A DNA stretch of 64,000 nt from Alphaproteobacteria bacterium (GTDB lineage Bacteria > Pseudomonadota > Alphaproteobacteria > CADEGL01), in NCBI GenBank assembly GCA_046349515.1, contig JAXMCE010000012.1, positions 13,662 to 77,661 on the forward strand, given 5' to 3'. Below, piece after piece: positions 58,410 through 64,000 of this stretch; the first letter of the stretch is position 1; every line of letters begins with the position of its first letter. The translations under genes were made by a program, and so were the position numbers. The notes under the pieces were generated by a model that was not told where the DNA came from, ran no database searches, and saw only the letters and a program-made list of their open reading frames with translations.

Positions 58410-59786
58410 ATGCTTCTCGTGGCTGTCCTGCTGCCCGGCTTGACGCCGTCCGCCCACGCGCAGAACGCCGTGACGATGGAACTTCAGACATCGAAGCACG
58501 CCGGCGAGTTCATCGTTCCTCTGAACAAGTCGCAGATCCTTCACACGGACGTGCCGTTCACCGACCTCACGGTCGGCAATCCCGCCGTGGCCGACGTGCT
58601 TCCTCTCTCCAACCGCACGATCTACGCGCTCGGCAAGGCGCTGGGTTCGACCAACCTCACCATCTATGGCAAGAACCGGGCGCTCATCGCGGTTGTCGAC
58701 CTGGTGGTGTCGTTCGACGTCGACGGCCTGAAGCGAAGCCTCCATGAGAACCTGCCGGGCGAGCGGATCGACGTGCGCGTGGCCAACGGCTCGGTCGTCC
58801 TCGGCGGCACGCTCAATGGCGCCATCGAAATCTCGCGCGCTGTCTCGATCGCGGAGCGCTTCGCGCCGAAGCAGGTGACGAACCTTCTCAAGGTCAAGGG
58901 CAGCCAGCAGGTGCTTCTCGAGGTCCGCGTGGCGGAGATGAAGCGGACCTTGGCCAAGGAACTCGGCTTCAACGTCAACTCGAACTACAGCACGAGCAAC
59001 GGGGGATTCACCTTCAATTCGGGAATCGGTCCCGCCGTCGACGCCTTCGTTCGGGGCAGCGCCAGTGTCATGACGGGCGGCCTGTCGCTGCTCACGGCGT
59101 TCGATGCCCTCGAGGAAAAGGGCCTCGTCAAGATGCTGGCGGAGCCCAATCTCGTGGCGCTCTCGGGCGACACGGCGAGTTTTCTCGCCGGTGGCGAGTT
59201 CCCGGTGCCGGTCGCGCAGACGACTGGGCTCGGTGGAACGACGATCACCGTCGACTTCAAGAAATTCGGCGTGAGTTTGGCCTTCACGCCGACGGTGCTT
59301 GGCGCCGGGCTCATCAACCTCGTGGTTGCGCCCGAGGTGAGCCAGATCGATCGGTCGATCAGCGTGTCGACGGGGCCGGGCCTCCTGGTTCCCGGGCTCT
59401 CCGTGCGCCGCGCGACGACGACGATCGAGTTGCGCGACGGCCAGAGCTTTGCCATTGCCGGGCTTCTGCAGAACGATTTCCAGGACCGCATCCGCCAGTT
59501 TCCATGGTTGGGAGACGTCCCAGTCCTGGGTGCGCTCTTCCGTAGCACGGACTTCCAGCGCAACGAAACGGAGCTGGTCATCATCGTGACGCCGCATCTC
59601 GTGCGGCCGGCACCGGCCGGCACGCTCGCGGCGCCGACCGACAATTTCGTGCCGCCGAGCGAGCGTGACCTGTTCCTCTTCGGCAAGGTCGAGACGCCCG
59701 AGGCGACGCCGGCCACGGCCACGAAAGCGCTCAGCAGCGGTGCCGCCGGCGGATTGACCGGCAAAGCCGGCCACATCGTGAAATGA
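58410..59786 (+). CDS. cpaC: Tad secretin CpaC/RcpA
   Basis: Signal peptide (MLLVAVLLPGLTPSAHA), BON-like N domain, C-terminal secretin domain (VELRDGQSFAIAGLL, LVIIVTPHLV). An alternative upstream start is possible. Confidence 0.8.
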   Translation: MLLVAVLLPGLTPSAHAQNAVTMELQTSKHAGEFIVPLNKSQILHTDVPFTDLTVGNPAVADVLPLSNRTIYALGKALGSTNLTIYGKNRALIAVVDLVVSFDVDGLKRSLHENLPGERIDVRVANGSVVLGGTLNGAIEISRAVSIAERFAPKQVTNLLKVKGSQQVLLEVRVAEMKRTLAKELGFNVNSNYSTSNGGFTFNSGIGPAVDAFVRGSASVMTGGLSLLTAFDALEEKGLVKMLAEPNLVALSGDTASFLAGGEFPVPVAQTTGLGGTTITVDFKKFGVSLAFTPTVLGAGLINLVVAPEVSQIDRSISVSTGPGLLVPGLSVRRATTTIELRDGQSFAIAGLLQNDFQDRIRQFPWLGDVPVLGALFRSTDFQRNETELVIIVTPHLVRPAPAGTLAAPTDNFVPPSERDLFLFGKVETPEATPATATKALSSGAAGGLTGKAGHIVK

Positions 59787-60073
59787 GGAGCGGGATGATC
59801 GTTAGAACCATTGTCGTTGCCGGAGGAATCCTCGTCGCGGCCACCGGCTGCGATGAGCGGCGTGCCACGCTGTCGCCCAATTTCGGGAACGCCGTGCGGC
59901 ACAACATCGCGATTCAAACGATCAACCCCAATCCGAACGACACGGCGATTCCGCCGGACTTGAACGGCGAGCGGGCCGCCGAGGTGATCGACCGTTACAT
60001 ACAGGGGGAGATCAGGCCTGCACCGTCTTTCGCCCCGCCGACGACGAATCTGAGCGGCGGCACCGGCAAATAG
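59783..60073 (+). CDS. cpaD: Flp pilus assembly lipoprotein CpaD-like
   Basis: Lipobox LVAATGC near the N-terminus and small size; position between secretin and cpaE as in Caulobacter/Rhizobiales tad loci. Start overlaps the cpaC stop. Confidence 0.55.
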   Translation: MRSGMIVRTIVVAGGILVAATGCDERRATLSPNFGNAVRHNIAIQTINPNPNDTAIPPDLNGERAAEVIDRYIQGEIRPAPSFAPPTTNLSGGTGK

Positions 60074-60170
60074 GGGCGGTGGGTCCCGTGAGACATCGGG
60101 CGCCAGCCGACCAGCCGCCTGCAGCCTGATGAAACAGGCTGAGACGTTTCGAGTGAAGAAGGACAATGCC

Positions 60171-61418
60171 ATGAATTCGACGACCGTCCGCAAGGCCTTC
60201 GCACTTCTTCGAACGGCGGCGACCCAGCAATTGCTCATCGCCGCGGCGGAGACGGTTGGTACGGTCCGGTTCGAGACGCGCATCGGACGGCTCGACGCGC
60301 TCGAGCAGCAGATCCGCCATGCGCAGGATTGCAGCGTCGTCTTGCTCGACCTCGACCTCAGGGACCCGGAGGAGTTCGCCGCCGTCGCCCGCGTGGTTCA
60401 GGCGCTGGGCGATCGGGCGGCGGTCGTCGCCTCGTCCGCCTCTCGGCCGACCGTCGACCACCTTCGCCAACTCATGCGGCTCGGCGTCGCAGACTTCCTC
60501 CCGCAGCCGTTCCAGGCTCAGGAGCTGTCGGGCGTCCTCAATCACCGCGGTCGTGCCGTTCACAAGGATGGAGCGACGCACGCGGCCGCCCGAGGCCGCG
60601 TCCTCTCCTTCACGGGATGCCGGGGCGGCATCGGCACGACCACCCTTGCGGTCCAGACGGCGCATGCCCTGGCTTCGCGGCGGGGCGCCAAGACAGCGCC
60701 TTCGGTCTGTCTCATCGATCTCGATCTTCAGTTCGGTAACACCGCCTTCTACCTCGATCTCGTCGCGGAGCATGGGCTCGTCGATCTCATCGAGGCGCAT
60801 GACAAGCTGGACCTTTCCCTTTTCAAGGGGTCGACGGTGAGACACCGTTCGGGCCTCGATCTCATCGCGGCGCCGAACGCGGTCATCCGGCTGGATGCGC
60901 TCGAAGTGGAGACCGTGGGCCGCATCATCGAGCTTGCGCGGGAAAGCCACGACTATGTCGTCATCGACGTGCCGACCGCCTGGATGGCGTGGAAGCGCGA
61001 GGTTCTGGCGCGCTCCGATCGTATCTTCCTTGCCACGCAACTGACGGTCGTTGCGACGCGGGAGGCGCGCCGGCAGCTCGATCTCATCCGGGCCGAGGAG
61101 CTGCACGGGATTCCGCTCAGCGTCCTGGCCAATCGCGTGCGGCCGCGCGCCGTGGGATCGCTGGCCGTCGCCGAGGCGGAGCGTGCTCTCGGTCGCGCCA
61201 TCGACGTCCAGATCGGCAGCGACTTCGAGACGGTCGTGGGTGCCATCGAGAACGGCGTGGCCATTGCCGAAATCCGCAAAGGGAGCCGGGTCGCGAAGGA
61301 CATCGAGCGGCTCGTCGACGGCGTGACGGGCGAGGACACTGAGCGCAAGGCGCGTCGTCTGCCCATGTTGCCGCGTTGGCGCCCGGCGGCCGGCACTCGG
61401 ATGGCGACCGAATGCTGA
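60171..61418 (+). CDS. cpaE: Flp pilus assembly ATPase-like protein CpaE/TadZ (receiver-like N-domain + MinD/ParA-type ATPase)
   Basis: N-terminal pseudo-receiver region (VVLLDLDLRDP), deviant Walker A region FTGCRGGIGTTTLA, ParA/MinD fold. Confidence 0.8.
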   Translation: MNSTTVRKAFALLRTAATQQLLIAAAETVGTVRFETRIGRLDALEQQIRHAQDCSVVLLDLDLRDPEEFAAVARVVQALGDRAAVVASSASRPTVDHLRQLMRLGVADFLPQPFQAQELSGVLNHRGRAVHKDGATHAAARGRVLSFTGCRGGIGTTTLAVQTAHALASRRGAKTAPSVCLIDLDLQFGNTAFYLDLVAEHGLVDLIEAHDKLDLSLFKGSTVRHRSGLDLIAAPNAVIRLDALEVETVGRIIELARESHDYVVIDVPTAWMAWKREVLARSDRIFLATQLTVVATREARRQLDLIRAEELHGIPLSVLANRVRPRAVGSLAVAEAERALGRAIDVQIGSDFETVVGAIENGVAIAEIRKGSRVAKDIERLVDGVTGEDTERKARRLPMLPRWRPAAGTRMATEC

Positions 61419-62809
61419 GCCGCTTCGCCCCGCGCCCGAGCGGCAACGGAGCCGCCAAGCCGAACGGCGCGAGCCCGCCGAAGCCCGCCGCCGTACCCGG
61501 CACACGCACGGTCGCGTCCGACCCGAGCGGTCGCTACACCGAGCTCAAGGTGCGCCTGCACCGTGAGCTTCTGGATATGATGAATCTTGCCGCCCTCGAC
61601 GAACTGGATCCGACCGTCATCCGGCACGAAGTCGGAACGATGGTGCGCGAGTTGCTTCAGGGTGATCCGGTCCCGCTCAGCTTCAGCGAGAAGGAGCAGC
61701 TCGTCGAAGACGTGCTGCACGAAATTCTCGGCCTTGGTCCGCTCGAGCCGCTCATCAAGGACCCAACGGTCAACGACATCCTGGTCAACACCCACAATTC
61801 CGTCTTCGTCGAGCGCAAGGGACGGCTTGAGCTGACGCAGGTCAGGTTCAAGGACGATGCGCATCTCCTTCGGATCATCCACAAGATCGTCGCGGGCATC
61901 GGACGGCGCATCGACGAATCGCAGCCCATGGTGGACGCCCGGCTGCCGGATGGTTCGCGTATCAACGCGGCGATTTCGCCGATCGCTGTCGACGGTCCGC
62001 TTCTCTCGATCCGTAAGTTTTCCAAGATGCCGTTCGACCTTGGGCGGCTCGTCGAGGCCGACGCCCTCACCGAGGAGATCGCCGCGTTCCTCGCGGCGAT
62101 CGTGCGCTGCCGTCTCAACATTCTCGTCTCCGGCGGCACGGGCAGCGGCAAGACGACGATGCTCAACGCGCTCTCGCGCAACATCGGCGACACCGAACGC
62201 ATTATCACGATCGAGGACGCGGCCGAGTTGCGCTTGCAGCAGCGCCACGTGGTCCGTCTCGAGACGCGTCCCGCCAATATCGAAGGCAAGGGAGAAATCG
62301 TTCAGCGTGACCTGGTGAAGAACGCGCTGCGTATGCGGCCGGACCGGATCATCGTCGGCGAGGTCCGCGGCGGCGAAGCCTTCGACATGATGCAGGCCAT
62401 GAACACCGGCCACGATGGTTCGATGACGACGATCCATGCCAATTCGTGCCGGGATGCCGTGTCGCGCTTGGAGCAGATGATCGGAATGTCCGGCCTCGAT
62501 CTTCCCACCAGGACGATGCGCGCGCAGATCGCGTCTTCGCTCAACGTCGTCGTGCAGCTCCAGCGCCTCAGCGACGGCCGCCGGCGTCTCACGAGCGTCC
62601 ACGAGATCACCGGTCTTGAGGGCGACGTGGTCAGCATGCAGGAAATCTTCCAGTTCCAGCGTCTGTCGACGGACGAGAATGGGAACATCAAGGGCGAGTT
62701 CCGCGCGACCGGCGTGCGTCCTCGGTTTGCCGAGCAGTTCGCGTCGCGGGGCATCACGCTTCCGCCGGACGTCTTCTCGCCTGACCGGCGCACGGCGACT
62801 CACACCTGA
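61412..62809 (+). CDS. cpaF: Tad secretion ATPase CpaF/TadA (VirB11/GspE superfamily)
   Basis: Walker A GGTGSGKTT, Asp box, Walker B IIVGEVRGGEA, His box TIHANS. Confidence 0.9.
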   Translation: MLSRFAPRPSGNGAAKPNGASPPKPAAVPGTRTVASDPSGRYTELKVRLHRELLDMMNLAALDELDPTVIRHEVGTMVRELLQGDPVPLSFSEKEQLVEDVLHEILGLGPLEPLIKDPTVNDILVNTHNSVFVERKGRLELTQVRFKDDAHLLRIIHKIVAGIGRRIDESQPMVDARLPDGSRINAAISPIAVDGPLLSIRKFSKMPFDLGRLVEADALTEEIAAFLAAIVRCRLNILVSGGTGSGKTTMLNALSRNIGDTERIITIEDAAELRLQQRHVVRLETRPANIEGKGEIVQRDLVKNALRMRPDRIIVGEVRGGEAFDMMQAMNTGHDGSMTTIHANSCRDAVSRLEQMIGMSGLDLPTRTMRAQIASSLNVVVQLQRLSDGRRRLTSVHEITGLEGDVVSMQEIFQFQRLSTDENGNIKGEFRATGVRPRFAEQFASRGITLPPDVFSPDRRTATHT

Positions 62810-62811
62810 CG

Positions 62812-63792
62812 ATGCAGCTCGAACTGTTCCTTCTCTACGGGACGGCTTTCATTGCGATCCTGCTGATCGCCGAGGGCCTCTATTTCACGTTTCTCGGACG
62901 GGGCGTGGGCACGCGGCGCAACCTCAACCGGCGCCTTCAGCTCATCGATTCCGGCGCGAGCCGCGACGAAGTGATGTCGAGTCTCCGCCGCGAGGCCTGG
63001 GGCGGCGGATTGCTGAGCCGGCTCAGCCCCGAGTTGCTCGCATTCGGTCAATCTATCGACCGGCGGCTGAACCAGGCGGGCATGCGTCTTTCGGTCGAGC
63101 AGATGGCCTTGATCGTCGCCATCGGCACGCTCGTGTTGGCCCTCGCGGCACGACTGTTTCTTGCGCTGGGCATGGTGGCGAGCCTCGCGGGGGGGCTGGT
63201 GGCCGCAAGCGCCGGCGCTGCTCTCATCGTCACCATTCGGCGTGCACGCCGCCTCCGGCGATTCGGCGAGCAGTTGCCCGAGGCCATCGATCTCATCGTG
63301 AGGAGCCTCGAGGCCGGGCATCCGATCAACGTCGCCCTCGGCCTCGTCGCCAGCGAAATGAGCGACCCGATCGGCACCGAATTCGGCCTTACGGTCGACG
63401 AGGTGACCTATGGCTTGAGCATACCCGAAGCGCTCGAGAACATGAGCGCCCGCGTCGCGCATGCCGATATCCGCTATGTGATCGTGTCGATCAGGATCCA
63501 GCACGGCACGGGCGGCAACCTCGCGGAAGTGCTTTCAAACGTCTCGCGCGTGCTGCGCGACCGGCTTCGCATGTTCAAGAAAATCAAGGCGATCTCCGCG
63601 GAGGGTCGAATCTCCGCGATCCTTCTCTCGTGCCTGCCGTTTTTCGTCCTTGGCGGCATTTGGGTGTTCAATCCCAACTATTACCGCGGCGTGCAGGACG
63701 ATCCGATGTTTCCGATGATCATGGGCGCGGGCGCAGGTCTCCTCCTGGCCGGCATCGTCGTGATGTGGCGAATGGTCAACATCCGCGTTTGA
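62812..63792 (+). CDS. tadB: Flp pilus assembly inner-membrane protein TadB
   Basis: 326 aa; N-terminal TM, central cytoplasmic T2SSF-like domain, C-terminal TM helices; follows cpaF by 3 bp. Confidence 0.8.
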   Translation: MQLELFLLYGTAFIAILLIAEGLYFTFLGRGVGTRRNLNRRLQLIDSGASRDEVMSSLRREAWGGGLLSRLSPELLAFGQSIDRRLNQAGMRLSVEQMALIVAIGTLVLALAARLFLALGMVASLAGGLVAASAGAALIVTIRRARRLRRFGEQLPEAIDLIVRSLEAGHPINVALGLVASEMSDPIGTEFGLTVDEVTYGLSIPEALENMSARVAHADIRYVIVSIRIQHGTGGNLAEVLSNVSRVLRDRLRMFKKIKAISAEGRISAILLSCLPFFVLGGIWVFNPNYYRGVQDDPMFPMIMGAGAGLLLAGIVVMWRMVNIRV

Positions 63793-63805
63793 GGGCCGAC
63801 CGGCG

Positions 63806-64000
63806 ATGAGCGCAGTCGACATTCTCACGGGTATGCTGGACGGGGACGCGAGCGGGCCGCTGCTCTTCGCGCTCTGCGGGCTCAGCTTTGTCCTGCTTCT
63901 CGTGGGCGCCCATCGATTGTTGGCCGCCCGCACGACGACGCGGCGCCGGTTGACCGGCGAGGCCGCGGTCGTTGCCGGGCCGAGCGTCTCGGAGCGCGGG
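63806..64000 (+). CDS. tadC: Flp pilus assembly inner-membrane protein TadC (N-terminal fragment; runs off window end)
   Basis: ATG at 63806 14 bp after the tadB stop opens a frame (MSAVDILTGMLDGDASGPLLFALCGLSFVLLLVGAHRLL...) with an N-terminal TM helix as in TadC. Not in the ORF track because no stop is reached. Confidence 0.55.
   Translation, partial: MSAVDILTGMLDGDASGPLLFALCGLSFVLLLVGAHRLLAARTTTRRRLTGEAAVVAGPSVSERG

Noticed and set aside
58287-62803. Several 430-616 aa minus-strand ORFs antisense to cpaC, cpaE and cpaF
   Set aside because: Arg/Asp/Glu-rich translations. The tad genes on the plus strand carry secretin, ParA-like and VirB11-type ATPase signatures that explain the region.
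1-64000. Search for CRISPR repeats, IS elements, integrases, tRNA/rRNA and defense-system hallmarks (nucleases, helicases, TIR, STAND, methyltransferases)
   Set aside because: No spaced direct repeats, terminal inverted repeats, transposase/integrase-like ORFs or structured RNA genes were recognisable by eye. The window appears to be purely metabolic plus pilus genes, although small ncRNAs cannot be excluded without covariance-model searches.

Overview
High-GC (about 65-68%, estimated by eye) alphaproteobacterial chromosomal segment, Rhizobiales-like in gene content. It is densely packed with catabolic and redox genes on both strands, and I found no rRNA, tRNA, CRISPR array, transposase or integrase.

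Recognisable blocks, in order:
- The 3' end of a Rieske-type oxygenase alpha subunit.
- A Dpp-type ABC peptide/opine importer (SBP, two permeases, two ATPases).
- An orphan FixL-like heme-PAS histidine kinase with a MASE1-like membrane N-terminus.
- A class I PHA synthase (phaC) divergent from a tandem SDR pair.
- A long accessory-looking catabolic island with many paralogs: SDRs, two luciferase-like (LLM) oxidoreductases, two TauD/TfdA dioxygenases, three M24 creatinase-like hydrolases, an M19 dipeptidase, a BKACE/DUF849 enzyme, a KstD-like flavoprotein, a sterol-desaturase-family hydroxylase, an acyl-CoA dehydrogenase, a PaaK-like ligase, a family III CoA-transferase, an AMP-ligase, a GatA/AtzE-like amidase with a tiny overlapping GatC/AtzG-like ORF, and a two-subunit N,N-dimethylformamidase-like hydrolase.
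- A complete Tad/Flp pilus locus (flp-cpaB-cpaC-cpaD-cpaE-cpaF-tadB-tadC) preceded by a conspicuous AT-rich regulatory island.

Start codons were refined by eye from internal Met/GTG positions with RBS-like purine runs. Many long ORFs in the supplied track are Arg/Pro-rich antisense artefacts of the high GC content and were rejected.
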